Below are positions 9,065 through 16,946 of a DNA stretch of 24,545 bases, piece after piece. Origin of the DNA: a virus. Taxonomy: Duplodnaviria; Caudoviricetes. The DNA is taken from the IMG/VR virus record IMGVR_UViG_3300031519_004833, positions 1 through 24,545 of that record. One strand, given 5' to 3'. Under the pieces are notes generated by a model. The model was not told where the DNA came from. It worked only from the letters and a program-made list of their open reading frames with translations, and did not search any database. How positions within the stretch are numbered: position 1 is the stretch's first letter; every line of letters starts with the position of its first letter. The position numbers and the translations under genes are program-made.

Positions 9065-10239
9065 TCTTTCCCCCTATCTTCTAATTTAATAAATCTTAAA
9101 TCTCTATCAGGTCTATTCCAATTAATAGTTTTCCCTCTTTTCCATTTATTAAAATTAACTGATTCTGGTCTTGATAAAAAATTTTCAATCTTAGTAAACT
9201 CATAATCATTAGCCAATATAGATATAATTTGTGTTTTATGCAATTCGTACTCTCTATCCATACCTTTATATTTTTCTGCCATATCCTTAAATTTTACTTG
9301 GAATTTTATGTTTACTTCTTCATCTATTACTAAATATTTTAACAAATGATCTCTGTATTCTTCCCACGAATTAAACATAAAAGGCAACTTATTAGTGCTA
9401 AACATATCTTTTTTTGTTAAATGCTTTGATTGATTTATGCCTTGAAGTCTTGTTGTTAGCTTATTCCACGTATCTGGTTCAATCTCATGCAAATAAAATA
9501 ATTGGTCTACTGCTGTTTCGTGGTGCAAATTACTTATTCTCATCTTATGTGGCTGTAATCCAAATCTATAAAACTCATCATATACTTTGCAATAACTCCA
9601 TTTGTTATCGTGGATAGCTTTCCAAATATCTGAAACATTCCAATCATATAATGGGTAAAATGTATAATGATTAAGTTTTTTTGATTGTACATTTCCATAT
9701 GTAATATGCTTATATGTTTGACCTTGTGTAAGTCCTGCTCTCCTATTAGGACTTTCTTCTGCTCTTACACCCCCTAAAAATGCACAAGAATAGTCTGAAA
9801 AATGATATTTTTGAACATTACCAAATAATTGTTTAAATCTATCAGTACCATAAACATTTTCTTTAATGCTTATATCTTCCTTTGGTCTCATCCAATTTTC
9901 TTCATCATCTGGATTCCAACAGTTTAACCAATGCTGTTCCATTGATGTAGCATTAAATAATTTAATCGGTACTTGTAGCCAATATGGTTCAACTTCTTCC
10001 ATATTCATTACTGTTCTTACATAATCAACAACATTTTGCCATTCTGCTTCTTGATCTAAGAAAAGAACTTTTAATGGCAATTTATTTTTTTTCTTTGCTA
10101 CTATTAATGCTAAATTAAATATTGCTGTTGAATCCTTGCCACCACTAAAAGAAACTATTACTTCCTGAAACTCATCAAAAATATACTCTATCCTTTCAAT
10201 AGCTTTATCCCATACATTTTCTTTTAAAAATATTTTCAT
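9055..10239 (-). CDS. PAPS-reductase-family (PP-loop) protein, IbrA/YbdN-like
   Basis: VSFSGGKDS, GVRAEESPNR, YPLYDWxxxDIW and MRIS motifs. Confidence 0.9.
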   Translation of the reverse strand: MKIFLKENVWDKAIERIEYIFDEFQEVIVSFSGGKDSTAIFNLALIVAKKKNKLPLKVLFLDQEAEWQNVVDYVRTVMNMEEVEPYWLQVPIKLFNATSMEQHWLNCWNPDDEENWMRPKEDISIKENVYGTDRFKQLFGNVQKYHFSDYSCAFLGGVRAEESPNRRAGLTQGQTYKHITYGNVQSKKLNHYTFYPLYDWNVSDIWKAIHDNKWSYCKVYDEFYRFGLQPHKMRISNLHHETAVDQLFYLHEIEPDTWNKLTTRLQGINQSKHLTKKDMFSTNKLPFMFNSWEEYRDHLLKYLVIDEEVNIKFQVKFKDMAEKYKGMDREYELHKTQIISILANDYEFTKIENFLSRPESVNFNKWKRGKTINWNRPDRDLRFIKLEDRGKEWT

Positions 10240-10853
10240 TTTTGTAATCTTTTTATAGTTTTTTCTAGCCTTTTTTCATTTAACTCATTACCTCTAAATG
10301 ATAAACCTAAATCAACTGTAGCCTGTGCTGTATAACCCATTCCACACATAGGGTCTAAAACAATACTAGCATCTTTTGGTAACATTTTTGTAAATACAAA
10401 CTTAACCAAGTTTAAACCTCTAAGTTTTAAGCAACCATCAGAAAACTCATCATCAATTTTATAATTACCAGATTTACTCATAACATGAACATCAAGAGGT
10501 AATAACTTTGATGCACTATACAATGAAGTACAACAACCACCATGTATAAATCCTGCATCAGAAGATACTTTTATTATATCATTTCTCCAACCAACACCAT
10601 ATTCAATAACGATTACATCTTTTGCATACTTATGAACTAACTCAAAATAATGTGGCAGAAACTTACTGTAATCAATAGAGTTTGGCTCTTTTCCTGTGTG
10701 TCTTTTATTAATTGTTTGCCAATATTTTAAATTGCCTTGACCCCAAGGTGGATCACTATAAACAAAATCTGCTTTTTCATCACTCATTAAATTATCAATG
10801 CCAAGCATTATATCCTGACATTGTACTTTATGATTTTTAATATTAGTAATCAT
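10236..10853 (-). CDS. Putative amino (N6-A/N4-C) DNA methyltransferase, beta-class motif order
   Basis: YSDPPW precedes VLDPMCGMG and GNEL; start 10853 by ATGA overlap with AAGGA RBS. Confidence 0.8.
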   Translation of the reverse strand: MITNIKNHKVQCQDIMLGIDNLMSDEKADFVYSDPPWGQGNLKYWQTINKRHTGKEPNSIDYSKFLPHYFELVHKYAKDVIVIEYGVGWRNDIIKVSSDAGFIHGGCCTSLYSASKLLPLDVHVMSKSGNYKIDDEFSDGCLKLRGLNLVKFVFTKMLPKDASIVLDPMCGMGYTAQATVDLGLSFRGNELNEKRLEKTIKRLQK

Positions 10854-11233
10854 ATTAATTCCTTTTCTAGCCAATAACCACCAACTTTATATTCTTTTAA
10901 TTCTTTATATCCCATCCCTTTGTAAAGACTTTTAACTGTTCTCACATCAATAATTTTATAATTGTGTTTTTTTGCCCAAATTTCTTCAGCCTTTACAATT
11001 AATTGTGCGACTCCAACACCTCTTTTTTTAGGAATGACAAATAAATTACTGCTCCTCACTCTTGTTTTTGATAATATTAACAGACACCCACAACCAATAA
11101 GATTAGATTCTTGTGTAGCTTTAAACCATATTTCTGGTTTTTTTCTTTTTATAAACTTTGCATATTCCGTATCATAGGTTTCAGTAATAATTTTTACATC
11201 TTCCCAACTACATTGCTTTATTTCAACTTTCAT
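10850..11233 (-). CDS. GNAT-family acetyltransferase
   Basis: Motif A LFVIPKKRGVGVAQLIV and LYKGMGY. Confidence 0.85.
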   Translation of the reverse strand: MKVEIKQCSWEDVKIITETYDTEYAKFIKRKKPEIWFKATQESNLIGCGCLLILSKTRVRSSNLFVIPKKRGVGVAQLIVKAEEIWAKKHNYKIIDVRTVKSLYKGMGYKELKEYKVGGYWLEKELI

Positions 11234-11492
11234 TTATTTTTGCTCTATTTATAAGTATGGTTTGATCTATAGGAGAACCCATTGTCCAATATTTATAGTT
11301 TTCTATATATAAAACAGTATATGAATATCCTTTAAAAAACTCTATTTTGCCATTATCTCTTATAAACTGAACAGCTTGACAAAAGTTATCTTCGTTATCC
11401 CATTCTTTTTTTAAAGAATAATAATGTGGAGTATTAGGCATAGTCTTGGCAAATCTATATGATTTACTTGTAATTTCTTGAATTATATCCAT
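11223..11492 (-). CDS. Conserved hypothetical protein (FAKTMPxxPHxY ... YKYWTMG ... LINRA)
   Basis: Tightly coupled within the operon; I recognise the motif pattern as a recurring uncharacterised family. Confidence 0.8.
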   Translation of the reverse strand: MDIIQEITSKSYRFAKTMPNTPHYYSLKKEWDNEDNFCQAVQFIRDNGKIEFFKGYSYTVLYIENYKYWTMGSPIDQTILINRAKINES

Positions 11493-12070
11493 TACATTCC
11501 ACTAAACTTGAATGTTTCTGCACAATTTGGACACGTAACCTCAATAGCATTATCTGAATCTTCTGCACTTAAATTAGAGATTTGTCTGTTAATATTTTCT
11601 TGTGCATTATTCATATCATTTTTTTCAATATCATTAAAATTGTATGATGGCTCTGTACTAGGATTAAAAGATAAGTTCATACTATCTGCATCTACGCCTA
11701 CTAATGATAAATCAAAACCTAAATCATTCATTTCTTTTAGTTCGCTGAAATACATTCCCATATCCCAATTACTATTTTCTGCTAATTTATTATCAGCTAT
11801 TACATAGGCTCTTTTTTGTTGATCTGTCCAATCTTTGGCAACCATACAAGGAACAACGTCTAATTCTAGTTTTTTACAGGCTTCTAATCTAGCGTGACCT
11901 GCCAATACTGTATTATTTTCGTCTATAAGGATTGGTGCAGTAAATCCCCATTCTTTAATACTATTACATATCTGATTTATTTGTTCATCTGAATGAACTC
12001 TACTGTTTCTTTCATATGGCAATAAATCACTTGGTCTTTTGTTAACTAGGTTATCTGATGCAAATTTCAT
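11492..12070 (-). CDS. ParB-like nuclease-domain protein with C-terminal CxxC
   Basis: PYERNSRVHSDEQI, SIKEWGFTAPILID, AGHARL, IADNKL and CPNC; start 12070 has a GTACAGGAG RBS. Confidence 0.9.
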   Translation of the reverse strand: MKFASDNLVNKRPSDLLPYERNSRVHSDEQINQICNSIKEWGFTAPILIDENNTVLAGHARLEACKKLELDVVPCMVAKDWTDQQKRAYVIADNKLAENSNWDMGMYFSELKEMNDLGFDLSLVGVDADSMNLSFNPSTEPSYNFNDIEKNDMNNAQENINRQISNLSAEDSDNAIEVTCPNCAETFKFSGM

Positions 12071-12126
12071 AATTTTCTCCTGTACTTTTATTATAATAAC
12101 TATTTTTTTAAAAAAAACAACATAAA

Positions 12127-12193
12127 ACCACATTTAGGGGTTGACATGGTGACTAAGCTGTATTATATTATATATATAAACAAAGCACAGGAG
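12127..12193 (+). promoter_or_regulatory. Repeated promoter/RBS element, copy 2
   Basis: 19-mer at 12127-12145; TTGACA-N17-TATATT; GCACAGGAG at 12185-12193. Confidence 0.88.
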
Positions 12194-12199
12194 AAGAAA

Positions 12200-12409
12200 A
12201 TGACATACGGAATTAAAGAACAAAATGCAGATATATTTATTGAAAATGTTTTAAAAACTTTAAACGAAAATGATGATTTTAGTATTAGAAATTTAGATAA
12301 AGTTTGTAAAAAGCACCATTTATACAAATCATTTGATTCATTTGAGATTTGTGATGTAGTTGGGCAAATTGAAAATCATATAAAAATTATACTTTTAGAA
12401 AGAGAATAA
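12200..12409 (+). CDS. Hypothetical protein (69 aa)
   Basis: ATG follows GCACAGGAG; flanked by two copies of the 19-mer. Confidence 0.8.
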   Translation: MTYGIKEQNADIFIENVLKTLNENDDFSIRNLDKVCKKHHLYKSFDSFEICDVVGQIENHIKIILLERE

Positions 12410-12485
12410 ACCACATTTAGGGGTTGACATATAGGCATAGCTGATATATAATGTCTGTATAGAGTAAACAAAAAATGCACAGGAG
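12410..12485 (+). promoter_or_regulatory. Repeated promoter/RBS element, copy 3 (perfect sigma70 consensus)
   Basis: 19-mer at 12410-12428; TTGACA(12424)-N17-TATAAT(12447); GCACAGGAG at 12477-12485. Confidence 0.92.
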
Positions 12486-12491
12486 TTAAAA

Positions 12492-12716
12492 ATGTTAGAA
12501 TTAAGCCAAGTAACAAGAACAATAGATAGCACTAATTATGTAGCTACAAATACACCAAATGCAGATGTTTCAATAGTTGTTAAATATGATGACAATGTTG
12601 TTGTTAATATATTTGATAATGAAAGAAGTGAAAATACTATGAGAGTATTTGATGATTTTGATGAAGCAGTAAGATGGACTGAAACAAGAGTATGTATGAA
12701 TGTGAGTTTTTCATAA
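12492..12716 (+). CDS. Hypothetical acidic protein (74 aa)
   Basis: Strong RBS; first gene after promoter copy 3. Confidence 0.8.
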   Translation: MLELSQVTRTIDSTNYVATNTPNADVSIVVKYDDNVVVNIFDNERSENTMRVFDDFDEAVRWTETRVCMNVSFS

Positions 12717-12964
12717 TGATTACTAAAACAGAAATACTTAAAACTGCAATGTTAAACCAAGATTGGGAGCAAGCAATAAGGATTGCTTCCAAGTTTCAAA
12801 ACTTAGGAAAACATAAACATGAAATTAAAACTGCAAAAGATGCAATGTTTTCACCTAGCTTTTATAAGCAGATTGGCAAGAATCCAACAGAACTAATTGC
12901 GATTGGTGCTGAAGCAATAAAAGTAAGATATGCTTATTTATTAGGAGATAAAAATGGCGATTAA
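12716..12964 (+). CDS. Hypothetical protein (82 aa)
   Basis: TAATG coupling, start MITKTEIL. Confidence 0.75.
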   Translation: MITKTEILKTAMLNQDWEQAIRIASKFQNLGKHKHEIKTAKDAMFSPSFYKQIGKNPTELIAIGAEAIKVRYAYLLGDKNGD

Positions 12965-13154
12965 TATTAATGATTTAGACGATGCAACATTAGAAAGATT
13001 AGGTATTAGTGATACTAAGACTACAAAAAAATACACTTTTAATGTTGAGCAAGAAAGACAATGGGCAATCAAATTGTTAGCAGTATTGCCAAATTTAAAA
13101 CAATCAGAAAGAGAAAGAGTCTTGACAAGAGCCATTAAGATGAACAGAATGTAA
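12954..13154 (+). CDS. Hypothetical protein (66 aa)
   Basis: AGGAG RBS; followed by a terminator. Confidence 0.8.
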   Translation: MAININDLDDATLERLGISDTKTTKKYTFNVEQERQWAIKLLAVLPNLKQSERERVLTRAIKMNRM

Positions 13155-13170
13155 ATTCATTATAGACTCC

Positions 13171-13208
13171 AAAAACCTTCCAAGTTCGCATTGCTTGGGG
13201 GGTTTTTT
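13171..13208 (+). terminator. Intrinsic terminator between convergent units (possibly bidirectional)
   Basis: AAAAACCTTCCAAG-N9-CTTGGGGGGTTTTTT; stem with two G-U pairs on + and a U tract. Confidence 0.8.
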
Positions 13209-14991
13209 AATCGTTATAAGGAACTTTATAAGGTTGCTTCTTAGGTTGATAATTAGCTTCATAACTTGAATCTTGATCTACTTCTAAATAATTTTTTGTA
13301 GATACATCATAAGTAAATAATGCTTCTCCAATATTCCCATACGTTCCTTGCTCCCTTATCTTTTTAGTACAAATCACAACCTGTCCTTCGTCAAATAATC
13401 TATGAACAACCAACCCAACATCTGCCATATTATGCCAATGTGCTGACCCACTAATCTCATACATACTTGGTATTGGATAAGTTCCATCTTGCTGTCTTGC
13501 TAATTTAGCAGGGTGAGCAACTACCCACATAATTATATTATGGGTTCTGCAAAAATGCTTGCAGGAAGAAATCATATCTCTTATATGCTCATCTTCTCTC
13601 TTTCCGTTCTTTCTACTAGCATCAATCTCATTGTATGGGTCTATTACTACTCCATTGATACCATGCCTTATACAAGCACCTCTAGCCTTTTCTAAGAGCC
13701 AATCTATAGTTGGAACTCTATCTTTACTCTCAATAAATATAAAATGCTCTTGTATCCAATTAATTGCATCTTGCAATTCATCTTCATTAATTCTTGCATT
13801 ATTCCCAATATCAAAAGGTTTTTTAATATATATTTCTGCTAATCTTTTTATATGCTGTGTTGTTGAATGTTCAGGTGAAAATATAGCAAACTTCCATTTA
13901 TGCAATTTACTAGCATTAATCATAATTTGGTCAATAAAATTAGATTTGCCATGATTTGGTATTCCTGTAACAACTTGAAATGTTGATGGCATCAATTTGT
14001 AAATCTCATCTAATTGTGGAAACCCTGTGCTAAATGGTCTTGATTGTAAACCATTATACAAATCCCATATCTCATTTAAATAATCTTTTGCTCCATAAAG
14101 TCCGTCTATTGGAAAAGGCTCTGCATATTGTATACATTCTTTTAAAACCACAGCACTATGTTCTACTAAACATTCATTAGCATCTTTACATTGGTAATCA
14201 TCAATTCTTGGAAATTGGACTCTATAGCATCTATCTTTACCAAACCTATGTGCAAGTTCTGCACTCAATGCTTGTCCTGCCTCATCCATGTCAGTAGCAA
14301 TAATAACTTTTCTTATCTTCTGTAGTTTTTCACAATTACCGATAGCTGTGAACCTTTTATCTTCCTCATCAAACTTTGCTTCCTTACCTGCACCATCAGG
14401 TAAAGATACTGCATTTTTAATACCAACCTCATATAATGCCAATACGTCCATCTCACCCTCAACAAAAATAATCTCGTCACCTTTAACCGAATCAATGTTA
14501 AATAAAGTCCTTTTTGCATTTGCTTCCTGCCTAAATTGTTTTTCAAAACTTCTGTATTTTATATTAACAACTTGCCCATCTTCAATATATGGGAAAGCTA
14601 AACACCCCTCATGTCCATCACCAAAAGATTTCTCTGTATAAAATAATTTTAAATCTTCTGCTGTTTCTTGAGATATTCCTCTTGCTTTTAAAAAAGCAAT
14701 AGTTTCAACATTAAGGTTTGTAGTTTTTGGCATATCTGGTTTTCTGTAATTAACCTGCCTGTTTAAATTGCTATCAAAATCTTTATAACTTGTATTATTC
14801 ATTCCACCTGTCCACCCACAATTATGACAATTCCATACAGCACCATCATTTGTTATGGTTACTGATAATGGTAAGTCGTTTTTATTTTTAGATTTTCTTG
14901 CATTGCGACATTGTGGACAATATGTTTTTGTGTTCCCACTACTTCCACCTTTAATCACAATACCATGATCCCTTAATTCAATAACACTCAT
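13207..14991 (-). CDS. Bifunctional DNA primase-helicase (T7 gp4/Twinkle-like)
   Basis: Zn domain CPQC...CHNC; TOPRIM VEGEMD, ATDMDEAG, KDANE; SF4 helicase TGIPNHGKS, VVIDPYN, VVAHP. Confidence 0.95.
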   Translation of the reverse strand: MSVIELRDHGIVIKGGSSGNTKTYCPQCRNARKSKNKNDLPLSVTITNDGAVWNCHNCGWTGGMNNTSYKDFDSNLNRQVNYRKPDMPKTTNLNVETIAFLKARGISQETAEDLKLFYTEKSFGDGHEGCLAFPYIEDGQVVNIKYRSFEKQFRQEANAKRTLFNIDSVKGDEIIFVEGEMDVLALYEVGIKNAVSLPDGAGKEAKFDEEDKRFTAIGNCEKLQKIRKVIIATDMDEAGQALSAELAHRFGKDRCYRVQFPRIDDYQCKDANECLVEHSAVVLKECIQYAEPFPIDGLYGAKDYLNEIWDLYNGLQSRPFSTGFPQLDEIYKLMPSTFQVVTGIPNHGKSNFIDQIMINASKLHKWKFAIFSPEHSTTQHIKRLAEIYIKKPFDIGNNARINEDELQDAINWIQEHFIFIESKDRVPTIDWLLEKARGACIRHGINGVVIDPYNEIDASRKNGKREDEHIRDMISSCKHFCRTHNIIMWVVAHPAKLARQQDGTYPIPSMYEISGSAHWHNMADVGLVVHRLFDEGQVVICTKKIREQGTYGNIGEALFTYDVSTKNYLEVDQDSSYEANYQPKKQPYKVPYND

Positions 14992-15380
14992 CCTGCTAAA
15001 CTCGCAAGGTTCTTGTGTATCCTTTTTCTGGGTTGGACAGAGTGGCTAGGAAAACTATTATATAAATAAGGTTTGTTAGACTTTGTGTCTATGCTAGTAG
15101 GACTTAGTGTCAAGGTATACTCATTGCTAGTCTGTATTTTAGGACCATTAGCCATAAAGCGTTGCCTAGCTTTAATAAATCCTTTTTCTTGTAGTGCTTT
15201 TACTGCTCTATGTGCAGTTCTTGTAGAAAAGCCTGTATCTTTAGCTATAGTTTCTAAAGATGGAAAACAGGTATTGCTTTCATTACATCTATTTGCCAAA
15301 CATACTAAAACAAACTTCTCTGTTGATGTTATATTGTTTGTGTCTTGTGTTAGTGCTTCAAATAGTAAATTTTTACTCAT
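14988..15380 (-). CDS. Winged-HTH protein resembling phage replication-initiator N-termini (HTH_36-like)
   Basis: EKFVLVCLAN...CFPSLETIAKDTGFSTRTAHRAVKALQEKGFI; ATGA-coupled to the primase-helicase; GGAG RBS before ATG 15380. Confidence 0.8.
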   Translation of the reverse strand: MSKNLLFEALTQDTNNITSTEKFVLVCLANRCNESNTCFPSLETIAKDTGFSTRTAHRAVKALQEKGFIKARQRFMANGPKIQTSNEYTLTLSPTSIDTKSNKPYLYNSFPSHSVQPRKRIHKNLASLAG

Positions 15381-15411
15381 TACATTCTCCAATTAAAAAT
15401 TAATTTTGTTA

Positions 15412-15454
15412 GTTGTGGCATAGACAAATGTAATTGTAAACCCTTTTATGTGGT
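15412..15454 (-). promoter_or_regulatory. Degenerate copy of the repeated promoter element upstream of the replication genes
   Basis: Minus strand ACCACATAAAAGGGTTTACA, 16/20 identical to ACCACATTTAGGGGTTGACA; weak -10 preceded by TGC as in other copies. Confidence 0.6.
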
Positions 15455-15458
15455 AATA

Positions 15459-15791
15459 TTATAATATTTCTTTAATGTGTATAGGTGGATTGTATGTCGC
15501 TAGTATTTTTTTTCTCAACATATAATCCCTTGTCTTAGTGGCTTTAGACTTTACATCTTCTACAATAGAAACTCCAGATTGGTCAAGATATCTGAAGTCA
15601 GCAGTATACCTGCCAATCTTTATGCCATTAACCATTAAATCAAATTTAGGATGTGTTTCTAAGTTAGCTATATATTTATTTTTTTCAAGTATCTCTAATT
15701 CTAAATATCTGTTTAATTCTTTTTTAGATGCAAACTTAAGACCTTTGTACTCTTGTTTTATTGCGAAGTATTTGTTGCTCATAAAGGTCAT
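15459..15791 (-). CDS. DUF1064-like PD-(D/E)xK endonuclease
   Basis: NKYFA, FASKKELNRY, YTADFRY and VEDVK motifs. Confidence 0.85.
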   Translation of the reverse strand: MTFMSNKYFAIKQEYKGLKFASKKELNRYLELEILEKNKYIANLETHPKFDLMVNGIKIGRYTADFRYLDQSGVSIVEDVKSKATKTRDYMLRKKILATYNPPIHIKEIL

Positions 15792-15960
15792 GCCCTGTTA
15801 CTGAATTAGTTGTTAGATTGAAAATCTTTTCTGCAAACTCAAATCTTGGCAATCTTTCACCCCTTGACCACTTCTCAACATTTCTAACAGATGTATTAAG
15901 TTCATTGGCAAGACTTTTACAAGTATGATTCTCTTGGTGCATCCACTCTCTTAACTTCAT
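15736..15960 (-). CDS. Cro-like XRE/HTH transcriptional regulator
   Basis: MKLREWM...LANELNTSVRNVEKWSRGERLP...VTGHDLY; AGGAG RBS. Confidence 0.85.
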   Translation of the reverse strand: MKLREWMHQENHTCKSLANELNTSVRNVEKWSRGERLPRFEFAEKIFNLTTNSVTGHDLYEQQILRNKTRVQRS

Positions 15961-15989
15961 TTTTACTCTCCTAAGACTAAATTGACTGC

Positions 15990-16059
15990 ATCATATCAGA
16001 AAAAAAATATATGACAACCCTTTTTAGTGCTTGCAATTCCCCTTTTTGTGGTTTAAAGT
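15990..16059. promoter_or_regulatory. Back-to-back divergent promoters containing two degenerate copies of the repeated box
   Basis: Minus: TTGTCA(16017-16012)-N16-TATGAT with TGn. Plus: TTGCAA(16031)-N17-TAAAGT(16054). Minus-strand boxes GCACTAAAAAGGGTTGTCA and AAACCACAAAAAGGGG. Confidence 0.6.
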
Positions 16060-16148
16060 TAATTTGGGTTATTGACGAGCCGACCATGAACTTAAACATA
16101 TCGCAGTATATGTAGGAAGTGAAAAGGCTAACGTAGTAACCCAATAAC
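16058..16148 (+). ncRNA. Candidate structured leader RNA or DNA hairpin (long interrupted stem-loop)
   Basis: Nested pairings TTGGGTTATT/AGTAACCCAA, ACG/CGT, AGCC/GGCT, ACTT/AAGT and ACATAT/ATATGT in a noncoding gap. Confidence 0.5.
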
Positions 16149-16178
16149 AAAGAACAAAGAATGAAGTAGGAGGAAATA

Positions 16179-16946
16179 ATGAGCAGTAATAACCCTTTTG
16201 AAACCCATAATATTGGACATTTATCAGCTAGTTCAATTAATACATGGGTAACTGACCCTGCAAAGTGGGTGGCTACATATTTATGTGGTCTTAGTTCTAA
16301 AGCAGGACCTGCCGCTTGGCGAGGGATAGCAACAGAACACGCTATGCACAAAAGAATAAGCAATCCTGATTTGCCATATAGAGCAGTAGAAGAAATGTTA
16401 TATAGCAAATTTGATGAATTTCATATGGACACAAATACTTTTGCATCTGATAAAGTTGCAAAAGAAAGATATGGTTTAATAAATTATTATACTAGAGGAA
16501 TGGAACTTTACAGCACTTTGGGAGAAGCAACTAGCTATCAAGAAAAAGTTGTAATTGATTTTGAAGAATTATCAGTTCCATTTGTAGGTTATATTGATTT
16601 TATTTACCCAAACCAAATTAGAGATACCAAAACTGTAGCAAGGATGCCTAGTGGTTTTACAGAAAATGCTTCAAGGCAATTAGCTATATATGCACAAAAA
16701 TATCCTGATTATGAAGTTTGGGTTGATTATATTACACCAAAAGAAGCAAGGTCTTATAAAATGGCACAGGGTGCTATTGATTATAGAATGAAAGAATCTT
16801 TAAAAATTGCTTTTGGTATACAAAAATTCTTGAGCATTAGTAATGACTCCCAAGAATTAGCATCTATGTTCTATCCTGATTACGATAGTTGGATGTGGTC
16901 AAGTGAAATGAAGCATGATGCACAACAAAAAATATGGAGAGTATAA
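16179..16946 (+). CDS. PD-(D/E)xK exonuclease (RecB/Cas4-like phage exonuclease)
   Basis: HLSASSIN, GYIDF, DTKT and QLAIYA motifs; GGAGG RBS. Confidence 0.88.
   Translation: MSSNNPFETHNIGHLSASSINTWVTDPAKWVATYLCGLSSKAGPAAWRGIATEHAMHKRISNPDLPYRAVEEMLYSKFDEFHMDTNTFASDKVAKERYGLINYYTRGMELYSTLGEATSYQEKVVIDFEELSVPFVGYIDFIYPNQIRDTKTVARMPSGFTENASRQLAIYAQKYPDYEVWVDYITPKEARSYKMAQGAIDYRMKESLKIAFGIQKFLSISNDSQELASMFYPDYDSWMWSSEMKHDAQQKIWRV

Noticed and set aside
9055-10239. Dnd/Ssp phosphorothioation system or sulfate-assimilation cysH
   Set aside because: No DndA/D/E, SspB/C or cys genes; motifs and pairing with an IbrB-like gene fit the IbrA/YbdN subfamily.
12127-12428. Repeats as integron attC sites (AAC...GTT ends next to stop codons)
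   Set aside because: Only 17 bp with no long hairpin, GTTGAC does not fit GTTRRRY, and no tyrosine recombinase is present in the window.
16087-16116. Nine-codon ORF (MNLNISQYM) as a leader peptide
   Set aside because: No RBS, buried within the predicted hairpin, and no informative codon pattern.
16082-16125. Hammerhead ribozyme (AUGA-stem-GAAA)
   Set aside because: The core reads ACCAUGA rather than CUGANGA, and there is no three-way junction with an NUH site.
15977-16408. Minus-strand 143-aa ORF as a possible cI repressor, and other minus-strand shadows (2254, 4384, 12941, 14313, 18494, 18702, 18796, 21043, 21521, 22273, 22888)
   Set aside because: No HTH or peptidase motif; they overlap better-supported genes or regulatory sequence.
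16179-16946. Cas4 as evidence of a CRISPR-related system
   Set aside because: Lacks the four-Cys Fe-S pattern and sits with ERF and SSB as an ordinary recombination exonuclease.
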